Program-made: the position numbers and the translations under genes | Part shown: one piece after another, positions 13,095 through 25,992 of the stretch | How the letters are laid out: each line of letters starts with the position of its first letter | How positions within the stretch are numbered: the stretch's first letter is position 1 | DNA from: Octopus sinensis | Taxonomy: Eukaryota | NCBI RefSeq assembly: GCF_006345805.1 | Contig: NC_042998.1 | Coordinates: forward strand, 62,248,001-62,312,000 | Length of the DNA stretch: 64,000 bases | Direction: 5' to 3' | Notes under the pieces: model-generated | Seen by the model: the letters and a program-made list of their open reading frames with translations, nothing else | Told to the model about the DNA's origin: nothing | Database searches by the model: none

Positions 13095-13775
13095 TTTAGG
13101 CACAAGGCCAGCAATTTCAGGGCAGAGAGTGGATCGATTACATCGACCCCAGTGCTCAGCAGGGATCTATTTTATCAACCCTGAAAGTATGAAAGGCAAT
13201 GTTGACAGTGGTAAAATTTGAACTCAGAACATCAAGGCAGACGAAATGCCTCTAGGCACTTTGTGCAGTGCAATAACGATTCTGCTAGTTCACTCCCTTA
13301 ATTAAACCGTTATAATCCTTTCTACTATAGGCACAAAGCCTGAAATTTTGGGGGAGGGCACTAGTTTATTACATCAACCTCAGTACTTAACTGGTACTTA
13401 ATTTATCAACCCTGAAAGGATGAAAGGCAAAGTTAACCTTGGTGGAATTTGAACTCAGAACATGAAGACAGGTGAAGCATTTTGCCTGGCATGCTAACAA
13501 TTCCGCCAGCTCATAGTCTTAATAATAATAATAATAATAATGGTTTCAAATTTTGGCACAAGGCCAGCAATTTCAGGGCAGAAGGTTGACTTTGTCTTTT
13601 ATCCTTTCGGATCGATAAATTAAGTACCAGTTAAGTGCTGGGGGTCAATGTAATCAACCTGAAAGGATAAAAGACAAAGTCGACCTTGGTAGAATTTGAA
13701 CTCAGGACATAAAGACGAGTGAAATGACACTAAGCATTTTTTTCTGGTGCTCTAATGATTCTGCTAGCTTGCCGT
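13095..13775 (-). mobile_element. Three tandem copies of SINE family C (Meta-domain-like core, (ATT)n tail)
   Basis: Each copy carries gcctttcatcctttcggggtcgataaattaagtaccag. Further copies at 14470-14690, 27180-27390, 27710-28110, 40605-40820, 54180-54370, 57620-57830. The Meta-domain resemblance is from memory. Confidence 0.8.
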
Positions 13776-13788
13776 CTTAATAATAATA

Positions 13789-14165
13789 ATGACAATGAAA
13801 GCAAACAGCGCCGGATCATAGATATAGCATGCCCAGCTGACAACAAGGTATGCAATGAGGAAGAAAGAAAAGTCAATAGGTATGACAGGTTAGCTTGGGA
13901 GGATAAGCAGTTGTGGTCGTCGAAAAAAGGTGGTAGTAGTACTAGTAATTGTTGGAGTTCTTGGAACAGTGAGTAAAAATCTTGAGAAGTACATGGAAGG
14001 TATAGGGGCTGCAATAAGAGTGGAGCACTTACAGAAAACAGCACTGCTTGGGACTGCTCTAATACTCTGGATGGTGCTCGAAAAATAAGGGGTGTTACTT
14101 TAGTTTACTGGTAGTGAACAGCTGACACCATTGTACATCCCTAGCGTTAGAAGCTGTGCAAAGAC
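13789..14165 (+). mobile_element. 3' fragment of an R4/Dong-clade non-LTR retrotransposon (restriction-like endonuclease domain)
   Basis: IIDIACPADNKV...YDRLAWE..QLW / VVVVLVIVGVLGTVSKNLEKY...HLQKTALLGTALILWMVLEK* (one frameshift); preceded by an (AAT)n tract. Confidence 0.85.
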
Positions 14166-16476
14166 AATATAATCATCATCATCGTTTAGCGTCCGCTTTC
14201 CATGCTAGCATGGGTTGGACCATTCAACTGGGGTCTGGGAAACCAGAAGGCTGCACCAGGCCCAGTCTGATCTGGCAATGTTTTTATGGCTGGATGCCCT
14301 GCCTAACGCCAACCACTCCGTGAGTGTAGTGGGTGCTTTTTACGTGCCAGACGAGGCTGGCAAACGGCCACAATTGGATGGTGCTTTTTACGTGCCACTG
14401 GCACGGGGGCCAGGCGAGGCTGGCAACGGCCAAATAATAATAATGATAATAATGATAATAATAATGGTTTCAAATTTAGGCACAAGGCCAGCAATTTCAG
14501 GGTAGACAGTAGGTTGATTACATTGATACAAGTACTCAACTGGTACTTATTTTATCAACCCTGAAAGGATGAACGGCAAAGTTGACTGGTGAAATTTGAA
14601 CTCAGAACAAACGGACAGTCGAAATGCCACTAAGCATTTTGGCCAGTGTGCTTAATGGTTCTGTCAGCTCAATGCGCTGCCTTAATGTATCTTATTATAT
14701 CAATACCATGTACATATAAATCATCATCTTCATCATTTAACGTCTGTTGTCCATGTGGGCATGGGTTGGATGGTTTGACCAGGGCTGGCAAGCTGGAAGG
14801 CTGCACCAAACCCCTGCCTGATTTGGCATAGTTTTCTATGGTTGGATGCTCTTCTCCCTGACAAGAGTGTAATGAGAGCTTTTACATGGCACTTGCCTGA
14901 CACAGGTATCTGCCACAACTAACAAGACACAGGTATCTGCCAACCAACTTCCAAACAAGAGTGTAATGAGAGCTTTTACATGCCACTTGCCTGACAAAGG
15001 TATCTGTCACGATTAATGTGACTCAGGTATCTGCCAGTCAACTTCCTAACGAGAGTGTAATCAGAGCTTTTACATGCCACTTGCATGACACAGGTATCTG
15101 CTATGACTAACGAGACACAGGTATCTGTCACGACTTTGATTTTGCTCAGCTTGGTGGGTCTTCTTCTCAAGCACGGCATAATGCCAAAGGTCTCGGTCAT
15201 TGCCTCTGAGAGGCCCAACACTCGAAGGGAACTCAACCATTTGGGCAAAAGTGTATCTATTTATACTTACTGAAAGTTTGCTAAATTGAAGGGTTAGTTT
15301 CTACAGCTTGATGCCCTTCCTTATACGAAACTACTTTACAGAGTGTACTTGGTGTATTTTATTGCAGCACTACCACTAGTAGGGGCCCTTCAATATTGGG
15401 GTTTTCTGTACACAGAGATTAGAGAGTCCTCACCACTCAATAAAATGTTTGCTTGCTTAGGGTTATGTGGTTGAGGAGGTGAATAGAAGAGATAGCAATG
15501 ACAGAAGAATCAAGATGGGTGTGAGAGAGGAGTGAAAGTGTAATTAGTAGAGGCAAAGTGATTAGGGTGAAAGAGTAGAAGATGGAGTGAGAGTGCGATG
15601 GATAGTAATAGAGGTACATGAATAGCAAGAGTGAATGATGGAGGGTGTCAGTACCAGGAGACCTGGTAGGGGAGCAGAGAAGCATTCACTGACTGTAGAG
15701 AGTGTACTGGGTGCGTTATATTGTAGCAGTTGTACTAGAAGTGTTCCTTTGTACCCCATATGAGTTAAAAGTACTCAGAATATTGAGATATGTATGTATG
15801 CTCAAGGTTATATAACCAAGGAATTGATGGGAGAGAGATTGAAGGAAAAGAGATGGGAAAAGGGCTGGAATGGGTGGGTGAAAACAAATTTATGGAATGC
15901 AGAAAGAAAGTCTTTGTTGGGAGAGAGAGTGATGACTGGCAGGACAGAAAAGGTCAAGGTAAAGTGTATTGTGTACACCGGGTCCAGTGCAGTTTCTTAT
16001 ACAAAGCCCTCATAATAGGCAAGAAAAGTAAGATGAAGAGGATGGTGCCATGGGGATGAAATATGGTTGGGCCCCTTGCTATCTTCCATGATGAGAATTG
16101 TGTGATAGAGAGATAAGAGTGAAAAAGAAGCATAGCTGTAACTGGCCCAGTCTGTTTAAGTGTAAAAAGATACCATGCAATAATAATATTAATTTCTGTG
16201 AGTATTTAACTCTGGCTTCCCAATTACAAAGGTTTTCAGTTCAGTACCACTGTGCAGCACCTTGGGCAAGTGTTTTCTTCTATAGCCCTGGGCTAACCAA
16301 AGCTTTGTGAGTGCCTCTGGTAGACAGAAAGAGGCCTGTCATGTGTGTATATGTAAGTGGTGTTAGGAAGGGCCTCCAACGATAAAAACCATGCAGAAAT
16401 AGTGGGGCTTGGTGCAGTCCTGGAAAACCATCCAACCCATGCCAGCATAGAAGACAGATATTAACAGATGATGATG

Positions 16477-16511
<35 letters not shown>

Positions 16512-17869
16512 GTTTAGAGGCTGCTTTCATGGATGGTGCCATGGGAATGAAATATGGGTGGGCCCATGCTGGCATGGGTTGGACGGTTCAACTGGGGTCT
16601 GGGAAGCCAGAAGGCTGCACCAGGCCCAGTCTGATCTGGCAATGTTTCTACGGCTGGATGCCCTTCCTAACGCCAACCACTTCATGAGTGTAGTGGGTAC
16701 TTTTTACGTGCCACCGGCACAAGTGCCAGACGAGGCTGGCAAACAGCCACGATCGGATGGTGCTTTTTACGTGCCACCAGCATGGTGGCCAGGCGAGGCT
16801 GGCAATGGCCACGGGCGGGGTGTGTGTTTTGTCTCCTTGTCTTGACATTGTTTGATAGTTTTAAACAAGTGTTGCCATCATGCAGAGCTAGTGTCCTTTG
16901 TTTTCAAACTTCCATGAAAACTTGTCCAGCCATAGGGAAATATTTGCATAGAAACAGTTAAGGAATGGTGACAGGAATTGCATCCAGTTGCCTCACTGAA
17001 TTCTGTCTCATCCATATGACCGTGGAAAAGTGGATTTTATAACAATGGTAGCCCTGTCAGTGCAGGTGCCACTTAAAAGCATCTAGTCTACACTGTAAAG
17101 TGGTTCGTGTTTGGAAGGGCATCCAGCTGAAAAAAACCTTACCAAAACAGACCTTGCCTGTGCCACATAAAAAAACGCTAAGTCCACTCTGTTGAGTGGT
17201 TGGTGTTAGGAAGGGCATCCAGCTGCAAAATTCCTGTCAAAATAGTTATAGAAGTCTGGTGCAGGCTTTGGCCTGGCCAGCTCTTGTGGTACTGTCCCAC
17301 CCATGCTAGCATGGAACACGGACATTAAATGATGATGATGATGCTGTATAACTCAATCTGTAGAACTGGAGGAGAATCAACTGAATGTTGTGAGAAATTA
17401 TCTGCAAATGGCTTAGTCTATCTAACAGTAAATAGATACTAAGGGTGTCATTAAAGTTCATTATTGACTCAAGTACACAGCCTGTAATTGTTCTTAATTG
17501 TGCTTTAATATCCAAGTTTAATGAACTAGTTTAATAGGGCAACGTATTGAATGTATGTCTGAAGGGTTGGTCGATAGATTTGCTAGGTCATAAGTTGACA
17601 GCCTTGCTATAATTCCAATTACTTAATTCACTGGAGTTGAAAATAAGGTACTATTATTTCATAGCTGTGTGGTCTGTGTCAGTAAAGGTACCCAATTTTA
17701 AACAGTCTCAGAAGTTAGTTTTCTAAATAAATATATAAATTTTTCAGAATTTCACAAACCACATCATAATATTGTGTGTGTGTATGTGTGTGTGTGTTTT
17801 GTTGTGTCAAAGCTTTAAAAGTTAATATGTAAATGTGTGTGTTTATGCATGTGTATATATGTATATATA

Positions 17870-17908
<39 letters not shown>

Positions 17909-18411
17909 TATATATATATATATACACACATATATATAAACACACACATTATATAAATGTGTGTGTTTGTGCATATAAATGTTTCTGTGTATCTGTATAT
18001 ATATGTATGTATGTGTACGTATATATATATATTTATTGTTTATATAAATGTGTATGTGTGTGTATGTATATGTATGTATGTATATATATATGTGTGTTTG
18101 TATATACAATGTAGGTAGGTAGGTAAGGTAAAATCCCAGCTGTTTCCACTTGAAGCACTTAATCCAGTATGTAGTTATTGTTGTTGCATTGATGTGAGTT
18201 ATATATTATAGTTGAGAATTCTGAATGTATTGTTTTCAGAGTTTTTGTATAACAAAGCAGGAAGTTGAGTCAATCTGTTACTTCTGCTTAATACTAATAA
18301 AAACACACACACACACACACATGCACACACACACACACACACCACACACACACACACAAGTACACAGATAATTATCAACATTTATATATAATTATGTCTC
18401 ACTATTTTCAG

Positions 18412-18532
18412 GTCAAGTTTGTGGCTGTTAATTGTTGGTGGAATGAAGGAGAATGTCATCGAAAGTATAAATTCATATCCCATCCAATGTTGTATGTTTA
18501 TCATACCAACTTGGATGGTTTTCAGTACACAG
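18412..18532 (+). CDS. TXNDC11: TXNDC11-like exon
   Basis: ttttcAG / G|GTATTA; 121 nt, phase 0 to 1. VKFVAVNCWWNEGECHRKYKFISHPMLYVYHTNLDGFQYT matches the TXNDC11 FVAINCWWNQGKC signature. Confidence 0.95.
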
Positions 18533-20815
18533 GTATTACCATTTATTCAGTTTTCTATAATGAGGTTTCAATAAGGCTAAAGCATGTCTGCAGTTCTCTC
18601 CCTTACTTGCTGTAATTGTACAAGTGTTTGGCTAATAATTTCTTTTTCCTTCACCACATGATTATTTCTAGATCATCATCAGCATCATAATCATTTAACA
18701 TCCGTTTTCCTTGCTGGCATGGGTTAGATGGTTTAACTGGAACTAGTAAGCCAGAGAACTGCAACAGGTTCCAGGCTGATTTAGTTTTGGTTTTTACAGC
18801 TGGATGCCCTTCCTAATGTCAACCATTCCAAGAGTGTAGTGGGTCCTTCTACATGTCACCGTCACGGTTGCTTCTTACGTGTCACTGTCATGGGTACCTT
18901 TTATGTGCCACCGTCTGGAGTGCCCTTTTATGTGCCACCATCATGGGTGCCTTTTATGTGTCACCAGTTTTTTTAATGTTTACTATGTTGAATATGTAAA
19001 TACATCATTATCATCATATTCTTTTTTTCTTTTATATTTTAATTTGTTTCAGTCATTTGACTGTGGCTATGCTGGAGCACTGCCTTTTAGTTGAACAAAT
19101 TGACCCCAGGGCTTATTTTTTGTAAGCCTTGTACTTATCCTATTGGTCTTTTTTGCCGAACTGCTAAGTTACGGGAATGTAAACACATCAACATCGGTTG
19201 TCAAGCAATGGTGGAGGGACAAACACACACACACTCACACAAGCTACTTACCACACAGCCATGTACTTTTCCATGCTTGCTATATATACGATGGGCTTCT
19301 TTCAGTTTCTGCCTACCAAATCCACTCACAAGGCTTTGGTCAGTCTGAGGCTATAGTAGAAGACACTTGCTCAAGATGCCATACAATGGGACTGAACCTA
19401 GAATCATTTGGTTGGGAAGCAAGCATTTTACTACACAGTCACAGATATATATATATATAAAAGAACTATATGTAACAAGGGTGCTTTTTTTTAAAGACAC
19501 CAGCTTTGCTTAAGACAGGAGTCCAAACACTTGGAAGCAACAAAAACCACACTGTACTTACACTGGCATGGTTTTACTTGAAGCTCCTCTCTGACACCTA
19601 ATCTTGTTAATTTTATGCTGGGTGTTTGGTGTTAGAAAAGGCATCCAGCTGTAAAATTCCTGCCAAAACAAATACAGAAGTCTAGTGCAGGCTTCGGCCT
19701 GACTGGCTCCTGTCAAAGCGTCCCATCTATGCCAGCATGGAAGGCAGATGTTAAACAATAATGATGATGTTTCCAATCCATAGTTCTCTCTCAGAGAAAA
19801 TGGTTAATATGTAAATATGATTTACTTGGTCATATTTATGAAACAAGTGGGACCTCACACTTTTTCAAGACACACTCATAATAGGAGTGAAGCCCATTGT
19901 TAGCAAGCCAATTAAACATTTGGTAATTTTACAGTGCTGTCACTAATTACAGGGGTGGTTTGTCACTGTCATATGCGCAATTCATTCATTTCAAGTCTTC
20001 TGTGAATACATGTCTGACTATAGGGAAATATCACTTTGCTTTGAAGCAGATGAGGGTTGGCAACAGGAAGGACATCCAGCTGTAGAAAATCTGCCTCAGT
20101 AAATTTGGTCAGACCAATGCAAGCGTAGAAAAGTGGACATGAAAACAGTCGATGGACCATGACATAGCATTAGACGATATGGAAGCATCTACAAATATTA
20201 TTAAAGTGTGAATATAATTAATCATTTTGTTGTCATGGCCAATGTGAGTATTGCCTAACCAGCACCTGTGCCACTGGCATGTAAAAAGCACCATTTGAAC
20301 ATGGTCAATGTCAGTGTCGCAGGACTGGCTCCCGTGCTGTGGCATGTAAAAAGCACCATTTGAGCATGGTCGATGTCAGTGTCGCAAGACTGGCTCCCGT
20401 GCCGTGGCATGTAAAAAGCACCATCAGAGCATGGTCAATGTCAGTGTCGCAAGACTGGCTCCTGTGCCGTGTCATGTAAAAGTACCATTTGAGTGTGGTT
20501 GATGTCAGTACCGCCTGACTGGCTCCCATGCTGGTGACATGTAAAAAGTACCATTTGAGTGTGGTCGATGTCAGTGCCATCTGACTGGCTCCCATGCCGG
20601 TGGCACGAAAAAGCATCCACTACACTCTTGGAGTGGTTGGCATTAGGAAGGGCATCAAGCTGTAGAAACCTTGCCAGATCAGATTGGAGCCTGATGCAGC
20701 CTCCTGGCTTGCCAGTCCTTAGTCAAACCCATGCCATCAGGGAAAGCAGACGTTGAACAACAATGATGATAATGATGATATTTCAATAATGATTTATTTT
20801 TTTATATAATTACAG

Positions 20816-20922
20816 GTATCCCTACAGCTGATTATTTTGTACATTTCCTTGAAAACCTTATTTATCCAATTACACATCTCTTTGATGAAAAGGGTATCAA
20901 GAAGTTTGTTTCTTTACATGAT
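20816..20922 (+). CDS. TXNDC11: TXNDC11-like exon
   Basis: tacAG / GAT|GTGAGT; 107 nt, phase 1 to 0. (G)IPTADYFVHFLENLIYPITHLFDEKGIKKFVSLHD. Not in the ORF track; recovered by phase fit and similarity. Confidence 0.88.
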
Positions 20923-21133
20923 GTGAGTATTTCTTTCTAATATATCTATGTCTCTTTCTTAAATACTAATTGTCTGAATGAAATAATAGCAATACTACTA
21001 CTACTACTAGTAGTAGTAGTAGTAGTAATAGTAATAATAATAATGATATAATAATAATAATAAAAATAATGGAGTCCAACCCATGCTAGCATGGAAAGCG
21101 GACGCTAAACGATGATGATGACTACTACTAATA

Positions 21134-21164
<31 letters not shown>

Positions 21165-21470
21165 TCCTATTATTGGCACAAGCCCTGAAATTTGGTGGGT
21201 ACTTATTTGAGTAATAATGAATTACTGAAGAAATAATAAATTACTGAAGTTGATTTGTCTGACTAAAATTCTTCAGGGTGGCGCCCCAGCATGACCACAG
21301 TTTAATCACCAGAACAAGTAAGAGAGAAGGTAAAAGATCATCGTCATCATCATCACCAGCATCCACTTATCCATGCTCCAAGAAGTCAGATGGAATTTGA
21401 TGATGCAAATTCTGTATAGTCAGATGCCATTTGTATTACTGACTCTCACCTGTTTCCCAGCATTGTAATA

Positions 21471-22303
21471 TGTGGTCTGATCAATAAGTAGCCAGACTGT
21501 TGCTATAGTAACAAAGCTAAAGCACACAGAGTGCAGCTGCTGAGCACAGATTGATCTTGAACTCTGCTGTGCATATGCACCAAGTTTTAATGTTCTAGCT
21601 CACTTCCGCTATTTACAGCAGTGCTTGGAAGGAAGGTGTGTAGCATGTGATTGTTGCATTGGCCATGAGAGAGAATTTAGCAGAGAATCGGCATGAAATT
21701 TTGCCAAAGGCTTGGCGATATCTGCTCAGAGGCCTATGCAAAGTTTTCAAAAAGTTCTCTACGTTCTTGACGCAATCAAGGAGATCTTGTGCAACTGAAA
21801 CCCGAGTGTGTTTTTGGTCAGCTGGAAGCTGGCAGACACGTCTCGTACACAAATCTTCAGTGATAACGAACTGAACTGAATTGTAACTAATCTGCACATT
21901 CTCTGATAACTCATGGATGGTGATTCGACGATTTTCCCTTACACCTGCACACACATCTGCAATGTTTTACTCAGTTCTGCTGGTTGCTGGTCTCCCTAAA
22001 CGTTCGTCACTATTGACATTTTTTCAGCCATCTTGGAAACGTCTGAATCACTTGTACACTTGTGTGCAGCTCATTCACACCTCTCCACATGCTTTCTGCA
22101 ACTTTGTGTAGGCCTCTGAACAGGTATCGCCATGACAACTTTCTGTCATGGTCAATGTGACACACCTTCCCTCCAAGTACTGCTGTAAACAGCAGAAGTG
22201 AGCTAGAACATAGGAACTTGTTGTGCATGCACAGCAGCGGTCAAGGTCATTCTTTGCCAGGCGGCTGCACTCTGCCTGCTTTAGCTTTATTACTATGGCC
22301 TCG
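21471..22303. mobile_element. Mariner-derived non-autonomous element made of two inverted left ends
   Basis: TA on both sides (21469-70, 22304-05). Minus strand encodes a mariner HTH region (FRRFQDG..V..DERLGRPATS..RRITIHELS..QKHTRVSVAQDLL). Plus strand 21640-21735 encodes the same N-terminus (QRIGMKFCQRLGDICSEAY). Confidence 0.85.
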
Positions 22304-22502
22304 TATTTCGACATGGGTGAACAGATTTCCATGGAAGACTGGAAACAAATGACACTACTTCTAAGAAGTGGTGTTCCAGCATGCCAAAGAACCGTTAACA
22401 ACACAAAGTACTTACAAATTTTCTAAAAACAAACATATGAAAAACCCAGCAAAATGTTTCTTATTTCTTTTATATATTTATTTTACCGTTTTTCTTTTCT
22501 AG

Positions 22503-22596
22503 AATGCTGTAATTGGTTATTTTGATTTTAATTCCTCCCCTCAACCACCAGGATATCAACAGTTTTATTATGCTTCAATGAGAGCAATTGAACGAA
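22503..22596 (+). CDS. TXNDC11: TXNDC11-like exon
   Basis: ttttctAG / A|GTAAGT; 94 nt, phase 0 to 1. NAVIGYFDFNSSPQPPGYQQFYYASMRAIER matches the conserved GYF..SPQPPGY motif. Confidence 0.95.
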
Positions 22597-23533
22597 GTAA
22601 GTACTTTTTACGTTTTTCTACTTGTTTTTTTTTTTTTTAAATAATGGTTAATTACTAGTTATCCCCTGTCTGCAAATTGTTTACTGGTTTTATGCATTCA
22701 AAGATATGTGGAATAAGAGATCCGTCACTTGTAAAACTGATAAGGGTTTATGACAAGAAGAGTCCCTGGTTGTAAAAGAATGCCTGAACCTTTATTCATC
22801 ACCATAGAAAAATCATCATCATCATTGTTTAACGTCTGCTTTCCATGCTGGCATGGGTTGGATAGTTTGACTGAGGACTGGTGAACCAGAGGCTGCACCA
22901 GGCTCCAATCTGATCTGGCAAAGTTTCTACAGCTGGATGCCCTTCCTAACACCAATGCTCTTCCTAATATGGATGTAAAACAGTCACAAAAGTCTGGTGC
23001 AGGCTTCGGCCTGGCTGGCTCTTGCAAAACCATCCCACTCATGCCAACATGGAAGGCAGATATTAAACGATGATGATGATGATGATATGGTTTTATTTTA
23101 TGTGCCTCCTCCTCATCTTCAGTAGTTTGACTCTTTAATGCGTCCATCATAGTCGTTGTTGTCCTCCTCACTCCTCCTCTGCCTCATTTGTTGCCCTCCA
23201 CCTTCCTCCCATTCTCTCTTTACCCATCTCACTCCTACCCTTTCTCCATCCTCACTCTCCCTCTTCCTCTGTTCCTCCCCGTACTTCCTCCCACTTCTTC
23301 CATCTGTCTCCTCTTACCTGCATCTTATCTACTTCTCCCAATAATTTTAATGCCTGTTTCTTTATACATTTTTGGGTACCACTAACAGCATAAAACAACA
23401 TAAATCCTCTGTTATCTTGTCTGTAAAGAACAAATATTCTGTAATCTAACCTTACCATTTTCTCTCGGGTTTTCTTTGTTCCACCCCAGTTATGTTAGCA
23501 ATCCACCCTCATACATTTTTCTCTTTATTTCAG

Positions 23534-23649
23534 GTCCTGTTCAAATACTCAAGTTTGGAGTTCTAACTTCTCCTTATCATACCGATATATTAAATATGCC
23601 ACCCAAAAGTAGTTCGGCAGTTTTGGTGAAACATGGCAGTATCATATTG
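23534..23649 (+). CDS. TXNDC11: TXNDC11-like exon
   Basis: tttcAG / TTG|GTATGT; 116 nt, phase 1 to 0. PVQILKFGVLTSPYHTDILNMPPKSSSAVLVKHGSIIL (cf. VRFGVIT). Confidence 0.85.
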
Positions 23650-25807
23650 GTATGTATGATTTTTGGTTAAATTCTTCATTTCAGCTGTCTAGTTCATCCT
23701 TGCAGTTCGCTGCACTGCTTGTGCAAGTGTGTTTTGGTGCATGCCACCTGGTCATTTGAAATGACCGCTCTAGATCCAAATTGGTGATGCTCCAGTATGA
23801 ACACACCCAACTAGCTTCAACCAGTAAATGAGTACTATAGAAGTTTAATTTTTGGTCAGTGCCCCCTGACTTGCTCCTGTTCCGGTGGCATGTAAAAAGC
23901 ACCATCCGAATGTGGCCGATGCAAGTACCTCCTGACTGGCCCCCGTGCCGATGGCACGTAAAAAGCACCATCCGAACATGGCTGATGCAAGTACTCAGTG
24001 ACTGGCCCCTGTGCCAGTGGTATGTAAAAGGCACTATCCAAACGTGATTGATGCTAGGTTCGCCTGACTGGCTCCTGTGCCAGTGGCATGTAAAAAGCAC
24101 CCACTACACTCTCGGAGTGGTTGGCGTTAGGAAGGGCATCTAGCTGTAGAAACTTTGCCAGATAAGATTGGAGCCTGGTGCAGCTGCTGGCTCTCCAGAC
24201 CTCATTCAAACCATCCAACCCATGCCAGCATGGAAAACGGATGTTAAACGATGATGATGATGATGATTTGTCCATGTGTTTGTGTGTGTGTGTATTTGTG
24301 TATGTGTGTGTGTGGGGGGGTGGAGGTGGAAGGCTTCATTAACATCTGGTTTCTTTTTTAGCTTAAGATGGGCATCTAAGGTCATTTTGGCTGGCCTGCA
24401 AAGGTTATGCTCAGAGCTCCTTGTTTATTAAACCTTAGATAAATAGATGGATATGATTCAACTTTGCTCAGTCTACTACTTTCATGTAGTCAATTTAATT
24501 AGCATTTACCATTTACATTCTGAACATTTGGCATTAAGAACTGGATTGATTTATAAGCCAATAAATCAGAAATTTTACTAAAATAGTTTAATCTGGTGAA
24601 ATGCTGAAAGTTTATTAAATAATCATGCTTTGCATAATTAAAAAAATCTGTTTCTTCAATGTTTCATTTAAATTTTATGCTAATATTTCTTAACTTTAAC
24701 TTGCAGTTAAAAGTTGACCACAATATTTATTTATGTGGTATATTCATAAAGTGGAAATGTGTGTGTTTGTGTGTGACAGATAGAAAAACATAAATATTAA
24801 AAAAAAATAATTTGACATAATCACATGAATATACATTTGGGGTAACAATATCATTTACTAATATTACTGGTAGTGTTTCCTCTTTCTCCTTGTTTAGCTG
24901 CTATAATAATTTTACCACTAGTCCATTTTTGTTGAAACACTCCCAGGTCATTTAATTAGAAATTTGTACATCTTAAGTTTAACTGTTCTAAGCTTTGTAT
25001 GTTTGTGCATGTGTATATCATCATCATCATCATTGTTTAACGTCTTCTTTCTGTGGGTTGGACGGTTTGACTGAGGACTGGCGAGCCAGATGGCTGCACC
25101 AGGCTCCAATCTGATCTGGCAGAGTTTCTACAGCTGGATGCCCTTCCTAATGCTAACTACTCTGAGAATGTAGTGGGTGCTTTTACATGCCACCGGCACA
25201 AGGGTCAGTCAGGTGGTTCTGGTAACGACCACGCTCAAAAGCTGTTTTTTACGTGCTACCTGCATGGGAGTCAGTCCATTGGCACTGACAACGACCACGC
25301 TCGAATGTTGTTTTCCTTGTGCCACCAGCACATGTGCCAGTAAGGTGATGCTGGCAACGATTACACTCGAATGGTATATACACAACGATCTATGGTTATC
25401 AATATCTGTAGGTATGACATCCGAAAAAGAGAAAGATATTAGATGATCCTTGAAGTTTTCCTCATGAATTTTTGTAGACCAGTTTTTGAGAAAGGTTGTC
25501 TATCAGTGATCTAGTCAATAAACCAAATATCTGAATTTGCAGATCCATCTAACCCCCAGATAAGCCGATGAATCGATGGTGCATTAAAGATCAGTATTTA
25601 GCTGTCTGGAGACTGACACGCTGAAGAATAGACCCGAAATTTCCATTGCATGTCATAAATGGCAACTAAAAGTGGTTGAGGTAAGATTTGAACTCTGACC
25701 TTGTAAAACCCTCTCCAGCAATGACTACCCAAAACAATCCGCCAGGAGTAGTGGGCAATCATTAACAAATGGTGGATGTAGCGATGCTGTGGCTGCTGCT
25801 GCTGCTG

Positions 25808-25846
<39 letters not shown>

Positions 25847-25923
25847 ATATTTAGCATTTTGTTTGTGTTTAATTTCTTGAAAACAAAACCTCATTGCATT
25901 TTTATTTTGAATATTTTTTTCAG

Positions 25924-25992
25924 AATTATCCAGAGGTGGATAATTTTACCAGTTCAGAATTAGTGAAATGGGCATTCCAAGAGCAACAACAA
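25924..25992 (+). CDS. TXNDC11: TXNDC11-like exon
   Basis: ttttttcAG / CAA|GTAAGG; 69 nt, phase 0 to 0. NYPEVDNFTSSELVKWAFQEQQQ (cf. NYTAENICKWALENQE). Confidence 0.88.
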
